From: Candidatus Cloacimonadota bacterium
GTDB lineage: Bacteria; Cloacimonadota; Cloacimonadia; Cloacimonadales; WRIO01
Reading direction: 5' to 3'
DNA: 64,000 nucleotides
Assembly: GCA_029564175.1 (NCBI GenBank)
Contig: JAKQQL010000110.1
Coordinates: 32,001 to 96,000, forward strand
Of this stretch, positions 9,301 to 19,096 are shown piece after piece (the stretch's first letter is position 1; each line of letters opens with the position of its first letter). The notes below the pieces were generated by a model. It was given only the letters and a program-made list of their open reading frames with translations, had not been told where the DNA came from and searched no databases. The position numbers were made by a program, and so were the translations under genes.

Positions 9301-11079
9301 ACACTTCATGCTTTTATCATTGAATGGCACAATGTAAGAAATTACTATTACAGGAATCATACAATGTCTCCTTTTACCAATTTTCAGGTAATTCTTTATG
9401 ATTCACAATTTTATCCGGATGTCCCAGTAGATGGGGTTATGAAGTTCCAGTATAAAGATTTTCATCAGGGATTTCAAGGGACAGATGAGTATCCTTGTAA
9501 CTTCTTTACTGCAGGTATTCAAAATCAAAATGGTACTATTGGTTTAAACTATGTATATAACAATCAATATAATAATGCCTGTGCTCAGCTTGGAAATCAA
9601 AAAGCATTATTAGTTACTACAACCAGAAATCTAACAAATAATTCTGCTTTGTTTACACTTCCTCTTCAATTTTCTGTTTTGGAAGATATGAATGTTACCT
9701 ATGATTTATCACAGTATATAACTGATTTTAATCCAGAGAATGCAACAGACTATCAGATTACCTGTACTTCATCAGAACATGTTAATGTCAGCATGAATGG
9801 ATTTAATCTAACACTTTCACCCCAAGCAGACTGGTCTGGAACTGAAAGTTTGTTGTTCATGTTGCATATTAACAACCGACAGGTCGTTAGTAGGATCAGT
9901 TCAGTAAAAGTGAATCCAATGAATGATGCACCTTATATTGTCAATCCACTTCAATCAATTACAATCAATGATAATAATATCTATACTGGACTTAATCTGA
10001 ACCAGATTTTTTCAGATCCTGATTTACCTTATGGTGGAATTTTAGGTTTTACTTGTCAACCTGTAGATTCTATACAAGTGAGTATATCAAATGGACTTGT
10101 TACAATGATACCTGCTCATAACTGGATTGGTCAAAGAACTTTAACATTTACAGCGACTGATGATAGTCTGTTGTCTGTAACTCACAGTATAATTGTGAAC
10201 GTTATCGATGTAAATGAAGCCCCGGTTGTTAACTTCCCTGAAGTCATTAATGGACTTGAAGATAATGTATTACTGATTAATCTGGAAGATTATGTCAATG
10301 ATATTGATAATCCATTTAATGAACTTGAAATTACTGCATTTTCTTCAGCTCATTTAAATGTAAATTTAAATCTTAATCAACTTGTTATTACTCCAGCACT
10401 TAATTTTAATGGATCAGAATACGTCCGTATTGTTGTCTCTGATTTGATTGACAGGAAAAATTCAGATAGATTATCATGTGTCGATTCTGTTTTAATTCAT
10501 ATTCTTCCTGTGAATGATATTCCTGTTATTAACTCATTTTTACCCGCAGATTCCTCTTTCACAGTAGAAACAGGGGTGCCTGTACAATTCACAATAACAG
10601 CTTCAGATTATGATAATAATTCATTATATTATTATTGGTTTGTAAATGGAGTCAACCAACAAACATATAGTCATACAATAACAAAAACATTTCTTGAGAC
10701 AGGTTCATACACCGTTGCTTGTCGAATTACTGATGGATTCAATTATATTTATCAAACATGGACAGTGAATGTTACACTTAATCATGATGATGTTGTGGTG
10801 AAAGAAACCGCTTTAAATGGAAATTACCCTAATCCATTTAATCCCGAAACAAAAGTGAGTTATCAACTACATAAAGATGGTATGGTGAATCTAAAAATTT
10901 ACAATCTAAAGGGACAATTAGTAAAAGAACTTGTCAATGAAGTCCAGAAACAGGGAAGATATTCACTTATCTGGAATGGTGAAAATGCGGAAGGAAAAAA
11001 AATATCTTCCGGTATATATTATCTCATGATGAAAACACCAGAATATTCAAAAATTCATAAGATGATGCTAATTAAATAG
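6325..11079 (+). CDS. Secreted peptidase C25 (gingipain-like) multidomain protein with Ig/cadherin-like repeats and FlgD/T9SS-like C-terminal tail
   Basis: Signal peptide; YVLLIGD, IGRLS, TCNTGNF, LMGDPS; VNDAP/VNEAP/VNDIP repeats; NYPNPFNP...IYNLKGQ...SGIYY...KMMLIK tail. Confidence 0.85.
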   Translation: MECFKKLMLVLSIAIIFTQLFGGDSGQFRVNTQNSQLTDIEFNLPDWSISRDHKIDSKGTELTVCKNDIEIPFYSTCIAVPQNSHVEILSEDKGETKVYSNISLSASNQVIDRKFQKDQNQLVEISSVMTLRDYQIVSVNIYPFQYDQSGRKLDVTNQVKVKISHKSGNCYTQNKTISKAFEPLYQTMISNYDQIRETRSVYQKPSILIIHPNNTQIQTRLNQLVEWKTIRGFDVKTVSLSITGNSNSSIKSYIQNEYNNSENPPEYVLLIGDVNGTLSIPSFYHLYAVEGGYGDYPYTHISGNDTLGDLFIGRLSIESSSDFDVMVSKIIFNEKYPTQAGTDWMNRSILMGETNVSGQTCITTNYYIKEAIKRYDSNHEFTELYGSVVNQSQTTAAATAGALNFHYRGYYNMNNYTNSHINNMNNVKKMFNVVWITCNTGNFAATELSRIEKVTRLGTVSEPKGALTAIGMSTSHTLTAYNNLMSTAIYDGLYTHGMNNMGQAMLYAKLRVQTAYSNYSGVANDLVHWLNLMGDPSVMAHKDIPIGLTVQAPDSIIKGQNYIQIHVRKEGNLSLKDAVVTLKSSDNQYFTGYTDENGNAIINLDNELNGTLQMTVTKENYLTSLKTITIQETGGISLDSYTLSNASNTAIVQDINPDLTYTLNAYFKNYSSAVINNIQFRVRTQSPYVTLTDSLAFLGQLSTNTVSTSLNFKFQVHANCPDDYQIPFQLIAIGNNMQYTSMISVVVNSFNFEYNSYQVINYAQNAPIGMNVQLQAHFTNTSHINLNNLTLKLTSPGFDVMIVDSLSVINNVVVGENSSNANDLFSLTVNHNVVPGTRIPMELVFVYQNMELKRIPFIMNTQNALLTDPLGPDEFGYVILDQGDMNYNNCPSYEWIEISTIGNNTGISDPYDNMDMVQSVTLPFPFRFYGELYNQITVSSNGFFVFGVTTNPAMRNTPLPGSGAPVNMVAPFWADIIVQDSGDSGVYTYYHPTLHAFIIEWHNVRNYYYRNHTMSPFTNFQVILYDSQFYPDVPVDGVMKFQYKDFHQGFQGTDEYPCNFFTAGIQNQNGTIGLNYVYNNQYNNACAQLGNQKALLVTTTRNLTNNSALFTLPLQFSVLEDMNVTYDLSQYITDFNPENATDYQITCTSSEHVNVSMNGFNLTLSPQADWSGTESLLFMLHINNRQVVSRISSVKVNPMNDAPYIVNPLQSITINDNNIYTGLNLNQIFSDPDLPYGGILGFTCQPVDSIQVSISNGLVTMIPAHNWIGQRTLTFTATDDSLLSVTHSIIVNVIDVNEAPVVNFPEVINGLEDNVLLINLEDYVNDIDNPFNELEITAFSSAHLNVNLNLNQLVITPALNFNGSEYVRIVVSDLIDRKNSDRLSCVDSVLIHILPVNDIPVINSFLPADSSFTVETGVPVQFTITASDYDNNSLYYYWFVNGVNQQTYSHTITKTFLETGSYTVACRITDGFNYIYQTWTVNVTLNHDDVVVKETALNGNYPNPFNPETKVSYQLHKDGMVNLKIYNLKGQLVKELVNEVQKQGRYSLIWNGENAEGKKISSGIYYLMMKTPEYSKIHKMMLIK

Positions 11080-11101
11080 AATATAATCCGTTAAGTAATT
11101 G

Positions 11102-11130
11102 AAGCATGGTATAAAAGCCATGCTTTTTTT
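11102..11130 (+). terminator. Intrinsic terminator
   Basis: AAGCATGG-N8-CCATGCTT followed by a T run. Confidence 0.8.
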
Positions 11131-11146
11131 ATAAAAAAAAGCTAAA

Positions 11147-11173
11147 TTAGCACTCTTTTAAAAAGATTGCTAA
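11147..11173. promoter_or_regulatory. CIRCE element (HrcA operator)
   Basis: TTAGCACTC-N9-GATTGCTAA, one mismatch to consensus. Confidence 0.9.
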
Positions 11174-11180
11174 AAATAAT

Positions 11181-11208
11181 TTGCTTTTTTAGAAAACCTG
11201 ATTATCAT
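11181..11208 (+). promoter_or_regulatory. Putative promoter of the hsp20 pair
   Basis: TTGCTT-N16-TATCAT just downstream of the CIRCE. Confidence 0.5.
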
Positions 11209-11239
11209 ATCATTAGAATAAATTATATGGAGGTAGAAA

Positions 11240-11674
11240 ATGATAGGGATAGTAAAAAAAGGATCTATGATGCCAGTGTTTAGCTTATTCGATGATTTTA
11301 TCGACAGGTTAACCAGTGATGAGTTAAAACATACACCTCACAAAACAGAAGCTTGTCAGATGCCTGTTGATATTTCAGAGAATGAAAGAGAATATAAAGT
11401 GATGGCTAATTTACCTGGCATTGCAAAAGAAAACATTAAAATTAGTTTTCTCAAAGGTCAGATGACTATTGAAACTCAAATCAAAGAGGAAAAAGTAGAA
11501 ACAGAACAGAAAGTAATCAGACGGGAAAGATACTGTGGCATTTATCAACGTTCCCTTTATCTGCCTGACAACATTGAAGCTGACAAGATCAGTGCAAAGA
11601 TGGAAAATGGCGTCTTAACCGTTGTCATACCCAAAATTGAAGTTAAAAAACAAAGCTTTATTACAATTGAATAA
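11240..11674 (+). CDS. hsp20: Small heat-shock protein (Hsp20/alpha-crystallin)
   Basis: PVDISE, ANLPG, RRERYCG.YQRS, AKMENGVLTVVIPK. Confidence 0.95.
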   Translation: MIGIVKKGSMMPVFSLFDDFIDRLTSDELKHTPHKTEACQMPVDISENEREYKVMANLPGIAKENIKISFLKGQMTIETQIKEEKVETEQKVIRRERYCGIYQRSLYLPDNIEADKISAKMENGVLTVVIPKIEVKKQSFITIE

Positions 11675-11686
11675 TGGAGGTGAAAA

Positions 11687-12115
11687 ATGAAACTGATCCC
11701 AATCCGCAAAGAAAAAGAAATGATGCCTATGTGGTCACTCTTTGATGACTTTATGGACAAATTTCTCAATGAAGATCTGACAGAGAATTCAAAGATCATG
11801 GCAGTTGATGTACTTGAGAATGATAAAGCCTATGAAATAAAAGCCAATCTGCCAGGTATCCCAAAAGAGAAAGTCAACATTTCTCTTAAGGAAAATCAAT
11901 TGATTATTTCAGCCAGCCATGAAGTCTCAAAAGAAGAAAAACAAAAAGATACCATCATCCGTTCAGAGAGATTTAGTGGATCTTATCAAAGAGTCATTAG
12001 TTTACCTGACAATTGTGATGCCGAAAATATTAAAGCAAAACTGGATAATGGTGTGCTTTCTCTCAATATACCTAAGAAAGAACCAAGTCCGAAGAAAGAA
12101 ATTGTCATTGAGTAA
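11687..12115 (+). CDS. hsp20: Small heat-shock protein (Hsp20), tandem paralogue
   Basis: ANLPG, RSERFSGSYQR, AKLDNGVLSLNIPK. Confidence 0.95.
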   Translation: MKLIPIRKEKEMMPMWSLFDDFMDKFLNEDLTENSKIMAVDVLENDKAYEIKANLPGIPKEKVNISLKENQLIISASHEVSKEEKQKDTIIRSERFSGSYQRVISLPDNCDAENIKAKLDNGVLSLNIPKKEPSPKKEIVIE

Positions 12116-12186
12116 GTGTGAAATTTATCTACAAGCAGGTTATAGCGTTAACTACCAGTTTTCGAAAATCTGATACTTGTAGAACA

Positions 12187-12214
12187 AAAAAGGGCAGGAT
12201 ATCCTGCCCTTTTT
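12187..12214. terminator. Bidirectional terminator between convergent hsp20 and iorB
   Basis: Perfect 28-bp palindrome AAAAAGGGCAGGAT/ATCCTGCCCTTTTT. Confidence 0.85.
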
Positions 12215-12231
12215 GATTATATGTAAGTTTT

Positions 12232-12813
12232 TTATCTGTTAGATCTTGAGAATTCAAGTCCAGCTCTGAACGCTTTTAAGTTCATTTCAACGACTGCTTC
12301 GCCTTTTCTTTCAAATACTTCCTGAATAGCTGTTTCAATATCTTCAATCTTTATATTCATAAATTCAGCTGCTGCACCGAGCATGACCATATTCATGGAA
12401 CGGGCTGCTCCTAACTCTTTTGCCATTTCATCAGCATTGATGCAAATATTGTTTTTAATGCTTTTAACAGCAGAGATGACGGTTTCAGTTTCTGGGTAGT
12501 TACTTATGTTAATGAATGGTTTGTTATTGGTAACGAGCCATCCTTCTTGAGATAAGAATGGTAAATATCTGAGAGATTCCATTGGTTCGACAGAGAGAAT
12601 CATGTCGCATTTTCCCATCGCAATCAGGTCAGAATAGATCGGTTTATCAGAAATACGAAGGTGAGATTGAACATCACCACCACGTTGACTCATACCATGA
12701 ACTTCTGCCTGTTTCAAATAGTAACCACTTTTAAGTGCTGCTTCGCCAATAATCGTAGCGATTGATAAGATACCTTGTCCACCGACTCCGGCTAAAATGA
12801 TGTCTAATTTCAT
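12232..12813 (-). CDS. iorB: Indolepyruvate:ferredoxin oxidoreductase beta subunit
   Basis: GVGGQG, EVHGMSQRGGDV, NMVMLGA. Confidence 0.93.
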   Translation of the reverse strand: MKLDIILAGVGGQGILSIATIIGEAALKSGYYLKQAEVHGMSQRGGDVQSHLRISDKPIYSDLIAMGKCDMILSVEPMESLRYLPFLSQEGWLVTNNKPFINISNYPETETVISAVKSIKNNICINADEMAKELGAARSMNMVMLGAAAEFMNIKIEDIETAIQEVFERKGEAVVEMNLKAFRAGLEFSRSNR

Positions 12814-12822
12814 TGTGGTCTC

Positions 12823-14412
12823 CTACTTTCTGTTTTTCTTTGCTAAAGTCTGGATACATTCACGGCGTGGGATAATGACTGAAACGCCATTATAAGCCAT
12901 TTCTTCTTTAAAGATATTGACCATCTCGTCATGATTTCTTTTCAGTGGCAGAACTGTACGGATATGTTCTGGCTCAACACCTAATCCCTGGCAAATTTGT
13001 TCAATTTTTCCTAGTGCAGAAGAATCCTGACCGCCTGTCATACCAGTTGTTTCGTTATCAACTATGACGACAACTACGTTTGTTTTTTCATTTACACAGT
13101 CTAACAATCCGGTGATACCTGAATGACTGAAAGTTGAATCACCAATGACAGCAATAGATGGGAATAATCCAGCATCAGCTGCGCCTTTAGCCATCGTGAT
13201 AGAAGCACCCATATCTACGCAACTGTTAATTGCCTGATATGGAGGTAAAGCGCCTAATGTATAGCAGCCGATATCAGAGAATACATGACCGCTTCCGAAA
13301 GGCTCAAGTGATTCTTTTAAGGCATTATAGGTGTCAATATGAGGACAGCCGACACACAAAGCGGGTGGGCGTGGTGCAACAATTTCAGGTATTTCAAGTA
13401 ATTCATTTTCTTTAATATTAAGGGCTTTGGCTACGATATTGGGATTTAACTCACCATCGCGAGGAACTGTATTGTCTAAACGACCTTTAACGGTTACAGA
13501 CTGACTTAAATAGCCTTTAATCATTTCTTCTACTAAAGGTGCTCCATCTTCAAGTACAAGGATAGTACTGCATTCTGAACACAGTTTTTCAATCATTTTA
13601 CGAGGTAATGGGTATTGTGATATCTTTAATACAGGGTAAGGGCATGGATTATCATTATAATTCTCCATTAAATAATTGTAAGCTAAACCACAAGCGATTA
13701 TACCCATCGATTTATCAGTGCCTTCAAAATATTTGTTAAATGGGCTGTTTTCTGATTCTTCAATCAACTGACCTTGTAAAGCGAGCAATCTCTTAAATCT
13801 TTTTCGTGAAACAGCAGGGAGGAGGATAAACTGAGTTTTATCTTTTGGGAGTTTCATTTCATTTTCAGTTTTAACCGCTTTTCTGTCTATACCTGCTCTT
13901 GAATGTGATAATCTGGTTACAAAGCGAACCATTACAGGTAATTCATATTTTTCTGAAAAATCAAATCCATAATGAGCCATTTCATAGGCTTCCTGTTGAT
14001 TGGATGGTTCTAATGCCGGTAATAATGCAAATTTTGCATAAAAACGAGAGTCTTGTTCATTTTGAGATGAATGCATAGAAGGATCATCAGCCACAGCGAC
14101 GAGTAAACCGCCGTTTGCTCCAGTGAAAGCTGAGTTTACATAAGGGTCAGCTGCGACATTAAGCCCAACATGTTTCATGGTAACAATCGTTCTTTTTCCG
14201 GCATAAGACATACCAATGGCACTTTCCATTGCAGTTTTTTCATTCGCAGACCATTTTCTGTGAACATTACGTTCTTCAGCTAATGGGTTTTTTTGAATGT
14301 ACTCAATGATCTCAGTGGAAGGAGTTCCTGGATAACCATAAGCGCCGGACATGCCAGCATCTAAGGCTCCTTGAGCAAATGCTTCATCACCCAGTAAGAG
14401 TAGTTTTTTCAT
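12823..14412 (-). CDS. iorA: Indolepyruvate:ferredoxin oxidoreductase alpha subunit (no C-terminal ferredoxin domain)
   Basis: YPGTPSTE, MKHVGLNVAAD, HSSQNEQD, RPPALCVGCPH, DIGCY, GDSTF.HSG, MTGGQ. Confidence 0.93.
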   Translation of the reverse strand: MKKLLLLGDEAFAQGALDAGMSGAYGYPGTPSTEIIEYIQKNPLAEERNVHRKWSANEKTAMESAIGMSYAGKRTIVTMKHVGLNVAADPYVNSAFTGANGGLLVAVADDPSMHSSQNEQDSRFYAKFALLPALEPSNQQEAYEMAHYGFDFSEKYELPVMVRFVTRLSHSRAGIDRKAVKTENEMKLPKDKTQFILLPAVSRKRFKRLLALQGQLIEESENSPFNKYFEGTDKSMGIIACGLAYNYLMENYNDNPCPYPVLKISQYPLPRKMIEKLCSECSTILVLEDGAPLVEEMIKGYLSQSVTVKGRLDNTVPRDGELNPNIVAKALNIKENELLEIPEIVAPRPPALCVGCPHIDTYNALKESLEPFGSGHVFSDIGCYTLGALPPYQAINSCVDMGASITMAKGAADAGLFPSIAVIGDSTFSHSGITGLLDCVNEKTNVVVVIVDNETTGMTGGQDSSALGKIEQICQGLGVEPEHIRTVLPLKRNHDEMVNIFKEEMAYNGVSVIIPRRECIQTLAKKNRK

Positions 14413-14723
14413 TGCAACCTCTTTTTAATTATTTTTTTTACTAATTTTCATAATTGGTCATTTTTTTGCAAGCATTTTTTTGTTTTTTTTAAAAAAAGTT
14501 TCTTTTGATGTATAATCAGGTAGCCATGATGATTTAAATCTAAATGATTTTTACTTTAGTAAGTCGATTTTTGCTTGATAGCAGATAAGGAGTAAAGCTT
14601 TCAACTTTGATAATCCAGGTAAGTAGGTAACATTCTGATAAGCTGATAAACTGGATATATTTTTTAAAATACTAGCTCTATTCATCTCAAGAAAATGAAA
14701 AAATATTCTGATGATTTCTGATA

Positions 14724-17271
14724 TCATGAATTTTTGGTCTTTACAAATTGAATGAGAATATTCTGGAGTTCCTTATGACTAAACGGTTTACTAATACTTG
14801 CTGTAAAACCATATTTTTGAGGATTCGCCATGATAGGGTCATCTGAATATCCACTTGCTACAATTATTGGAACTTGAATATTATTTTTTCTGATTATCTC
14901 TGTCGCTTCTTTTCCTCCCATTCCTCCAGGAATTGTCAGATCAAAAATCATCGCTTTTAATTTATTTTCAGTGTTGTTTAAAACATAATCTACTGCTTTA
15001 CTACCATTATCCAGACAAACAACTTCATAACCAAAATAAGTAAGCATCTCTTTTACTGTATTTTGTATAATCTCCTCATCATCCATTACCAGTATGAGTC
15101 CTGTATCAGAAAATTCTGTTTGGGCTTCCTGTGTTTCATCAGATAAAACAGTATCCAAAGAAGCCGGTAGAAAAATATGAAAGGTAGTTCCAAGTCCTAA
15201 TAGTGATTCAACTTCGATAGTTCCATTATGCTTATAAATGATTGAATAACTGGTTGCCAATCCCAGACCATGACCTTTAGATTTTGTAGTAAAAAAAGGA
15301 TCAAATATCTTTGAGATTAATTCACCGGGTATTCCTATTCCTGAATCTTTTACGGATATTTTGACGTATTGACCACTTTTCAGCATAGGATGTGTGTTTG
15401 ATATCACCTCATTTTTTGCCGAAATCTCTATCGATCCGCCAACAGGCATAGCTTGTTGAGCATTGATTACAATATTTTCTATTACCTGGCCGATTTGATT
15501 TTCATCATAATTTACTAACCATAGATTATCCTCAATCAGAAACTGTGCAGTTACATTTGAACCACTAAGTGCAAATCTAGTCGTATTTTCAATAAATGGA
15601 AACAAATGACTTACTTTTTTGACAGGATTTCCGCCTTTAGAAAAAGTAAGCAGTTGTTGAGTCAGAGATCTGGCTCTGTTAATTGTATTTATCGCATTTT
15701 CAATATATTCATGCCTTTTATTTTCTTTACTTTTCAGATTTGATAGTTCAAGAGAGCCGTATATGCCTCCTAACAAATTGTTAAAATCATGAGCAATTCC
15801 ACCAGCTAATACTGCTAGAGATTCCAGCTTAGAAGTTCTTTGAACGGTTTCTTGAATATTGTGTTTTTCAGTAACATCTCTAAAAACCAAGACGACACCT
15901 ACCGTTTCATTATCTGAGTTTTTTATTGGAGCTGCACTATCAGTGATAATCATTTCTGTCCCATTTTTTGAAATCAACATCGTATCATTAGCTAATTCCA
16001 CTATTTGCCCTGTTTTGATAACTTTTTCAACTGGATTTACACAATTCTTTTTTGTTTTTTGATTAATAATGTGAAAAATGTCAGTGATCTGTTTCCCTTC
16101 AGCTTCAGATTGAGACCAACCAGTCATTACTTCTGCAGATTTGTTAATGATAAGCACTCTGCCTTTAGTATCTGTAGATATCACACCATCTCCAATACTT
16201 TTAAGTGTAACTGCTAATCTTTCTTTTTCATCATAAAGATTTGTTTCTATTTTCTTTCTGCTGGTGATATCTAAGGTACTGCCAACTATTCTAATAATTT
16301 TTCCCGATTTGTCCTTAACCGGCACAAGAGTTGTTAAAGCAAATTTGATACCCAAAGCAGGTAAATTGACTTCTTCTTCATAAGAGATTGTTTGATTTTG
16401 CTCAATACATTTCCTGTAATTGGCAGTTATCTGATTAGCGACATCAAGTGGAAAAAAATCACGGAATTTTTTCCCTCTAACCTCTTCTGCTTTGACACCT
16501 GTAATTTCTTCATCGGCTTTATTCATGTTACTTATACTAAAATCGCCATCATCTTCAACATCAATAATAAAAATGCCATAAGCTGTAGCATCAAAAATCG
16601 CTTGAATATCAGAGTCTCTCTTTCTAAGATTTTCTTCAAATTCGATTCTGTGAGTAACATCTCTTACTAAGACCACTACATATTCTTCTGTTTCAAATTG
16701 AGTGTACTGAATTTTAACCTCAGACCAGAACAGTCCTTTGTTCTTCTTTCTTGACCACCACAGAAAAGTTTGTTGTCCTTCTGTTTTTGACTTATGAATC
16801 CAGTTTAAAGCTTCATTTTCTGAGTAAGGAGCATCACCCATGCTAATATCGTTTAATGACAGTTTTAATGCTTCTTTTTTTTTCATAACCATACATATTT
16901 AGCATTGCCTGATTAACATCCAGAATTTTTCCTGTATTGGCATCATGCACTAGAATCGCATCAGAGCATGTATCCAAAATCGTTTTTAGATAAATTTCAT
17001 TTCTCATTTGTTTTTTATTTTGCTTTTCAAGTGCTTTTCTAGTTAGTTTATTAGTTATGAAATAAAGAAATAGTATAGAAAATGAGACGATTAGAATAAG
17101 AAATAAAAGTAAATTTGTATAACTAATCTCTGTTTTATGATTTACACTGAATGTGTTTTGAGCTGCTAAAAAATTGAATTGAAAAAATGTGAACAGAATT
17201 AGACTTTTTTGGGAGGTTTCACCGAAGCTTATAATTACCCTCTTGATTTTTTTAAACGTGTTACATTTCAT
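14724..17271 (-). pseudogene. Membrane-anchored multi-PAS hybrid histidine kinase split by a one-base frameshift (pseudogene, phase-variable gene or assembly error)
   Basis: ORFs 16843-17271 and 14724-16892 join into one PAS domain (NMYGYEKK|EALKLSLNDIS) if one T is removed from the T9 run at 16875-16883; AHDFNN H-box, HATPase and receiver intact. Confidence 0.85.
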
Positions 17272-17291
17272 CTATTTCCTCCATTATAAAT

Positions 17292-17320
17292 ATGATAATA
17301 CTTTTCTGACAGTTAGTCAA
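17292..17320 (-). promoter_or_regulatory. Putative promoter of the kinase gene
   Basis: TTGACT-N17-TATCAT upstream of GGAGG RBS. Confidence 0.5.
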
Positions 17321-17494
17321 TTGAAATTTCAATTAGTTTAGATTCTTGTTGAATGAGTATAATTACAAGTTAATTAGTGAGACATTTCTGTATTCCATTC
17401 TTCAAAAATAAAGATAGTTTTGACTTCATGCTAATTCATAAATAACATATAAATGTCCAGGGAGAGACAAAAGAATTTTATGATTTTAATTTTC

Positions 17495-17523
17495 TTGACA
17501 AATCTAAGATATGTTTTTATTTT
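17495..17523 (+). promoter_or_regulatory. Putative purH promoter
   Basis: TTGACA-N17-TATTTT. Confidence 0.55.
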
Positions 17524-17556
17524 GAAAAACTAAAAAGAAAGATATATGGAGTTGTC

Positions 17557-19089
17557 ATGAAAAGAGCTTTATTAAGTCTCTCAGATAAAAGAAATCTTGA
17601 AGAATTTGCGAATGATTTGCTTACGTTAGGTTATGAACTTGTATCCACGGGTGGTACCTTAAAAGTATTGCAAGATGCAAATATAAATGCAAAAGCAGTA
17701 TCAGAGGTCACCAGTTTCCCTGAAATAATGAATGGTAGAGTCAAAACACTTCATCCTAAAATCATGGGTGGAATTTTAGCTGTGCCAAGTAATTTGAATC
17801 ATATTCAGCAAGCAAAAGAGAATGGAATTGAACTTTTTGATTTGATTGTGGTAAATCTTTATCCATTTGAGAAAACAATCAACAACCCATTAGCAACCTG
17901 GGCTGATAAAATTGAAAATATTGATATTGGTGGCCCATCTCTGATTCGTGCAGCAGCAAAAAATTACCAGTTTGTTACCGTTGTTACTGACCCTTCTGAT
18001 TATGACAAAGTGATTGAAGAACTAAAAAACAATCAGGAAACTACTATTGATACCCGAAGATATCTTGCTCAGAAGGCTTTTGCTCATACCGCTGCCTATG
18101 ATAGTTTGATTGCAGATACTTTTAATCATGAACAAAAAGACAGAAACAAAGGTATGTTGAATATAGGGTTACCATTAAAAGATGACTTAAGATATGGAGA
18201 AAATCCTCATCAAAAAGCAGGATTTTATGAAAGTGATTATGATCATTTAATAGAAGTCATTCATGGAAAACAATTGTCTTACAATAATTATCTGGATATT
18301 GATTCTGGTTTGAAACTCATTATGAATTTTGATAAAAAGACTGTTGCTATTTTGAAACATACAAATCCATGTGGTGTTGCAAGTGCTGATACTTTACTCG
18401 AAGCATATAGAAATGCCTTTGCATGTGATACATTATCTCCTTTTGGGGGAATTGTTATTTTAAATGATGAATTGGATATGGAAACTGCCAAAGCCATTAA
18501 TGAAGTCTTTACAGAAATCATCATTGCGCCAGCTGTTAATCCAGAGACTCTTAACTTCTTAAAAAAGAAAAAAGACAGACGGATTGTAATTTATCAGCAA
18601 GATGAGTTGATTAAGTTAAAAACTCATAAAAATGTGGTAACCTGTCTTAATGGTTATTTATGTCAGGAAAGTGACAATCTGAATATTAACAGAGAAGACT
18701 GGACTTTTGCTAGTCAGATTATTCCTGATGATGAAACAATGTATAGTCTTGAATTTGCCTGGAAAGTAGTGGCAAAAGTCAAATCTAATGCCATTTGTCT
18801 CGTAAAGGGAACACAAACAATTGGGATAGGCGTTGGACAGACATCAAGGGTTGATTCTTTAAAGATAGCTATCAATCGTGCAGAAGAAATGGGCTTTGAC
18901 TTAACCGGAGCAATATGTGCCTCTGATGGATTTTTCCCAAAAACAGATTCAATTGATTTGATGGTTCAGAAAGGTGTTAAAGCTATTATTCAACCAGGTG
19001 GTTCAAAAGCTGATCCAGAAGTTATTGATGCTGTTAATAATGCAGAGATTGCTATGATTTTGACTAATAGAAGACATTTCAGACATTGA
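17557..19089 (+). CDS. purH: Bifunctional AICAR formyltransferase/IMP cyclohydrolase
   Basis: STGGT, GRVKTLHP, IDIGGP, LRYGENPHQ, KHTNPCG, RHFRH C-terminus. Confidence 0.97.
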   Translation: MKRALLSLSDKRNLEEFANDLLTLGYELVSTGGTLKVLQDANINAKAVSEVTSFPEIMNGRVKTLHPKIMGGILAVPSNLNHIQQAKENGIELFDLIVVNLYPFEKTINNPLATWADKIENIDIGGPSLIRAAAKNYQFVTVVTDPSDYDKVIEELKNNQETTIDTRRYLAQKAFAHTAAYDSLIADTFNHEQKDRNKGMLNIGLPLKDDLRYGENPHQKAGFYESDYDHLIEVIHGKQLSYNNYLDIDSGLKLIMNFDKKTVAILKHTNPCGVASADTLLEAYRNAFACDTLSPFGGIVILNDELDMETAKAINEVFTEIIIAPAVNPETLNFLKKKKDRRIVIYQQDELIKLKTHKNVVTCLNGYLCQESDNLNINREDWTFASQIIPDDETMYSLEFAWKVVAKVKSNAICLVKGTQTIGIGVGQTSRVDSLKIAINRAEEMGFDLTGAICASDGFFPKTDSIDLMVQKGVKAIIQPGGSKADPEVIDAVNNAEIAMILTNRRHFRH

Positions 19090-19096
19090 GGTAAGC

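Noticed and set aside
14615..14660. 8-bp-period repeats CAGGTAAG/TAGGTAAC and CTGATAAG/CTGATAAA/CTGGATAT
   Set aside because: Too short and degenerate to assign; no spacers, so not CRISPR
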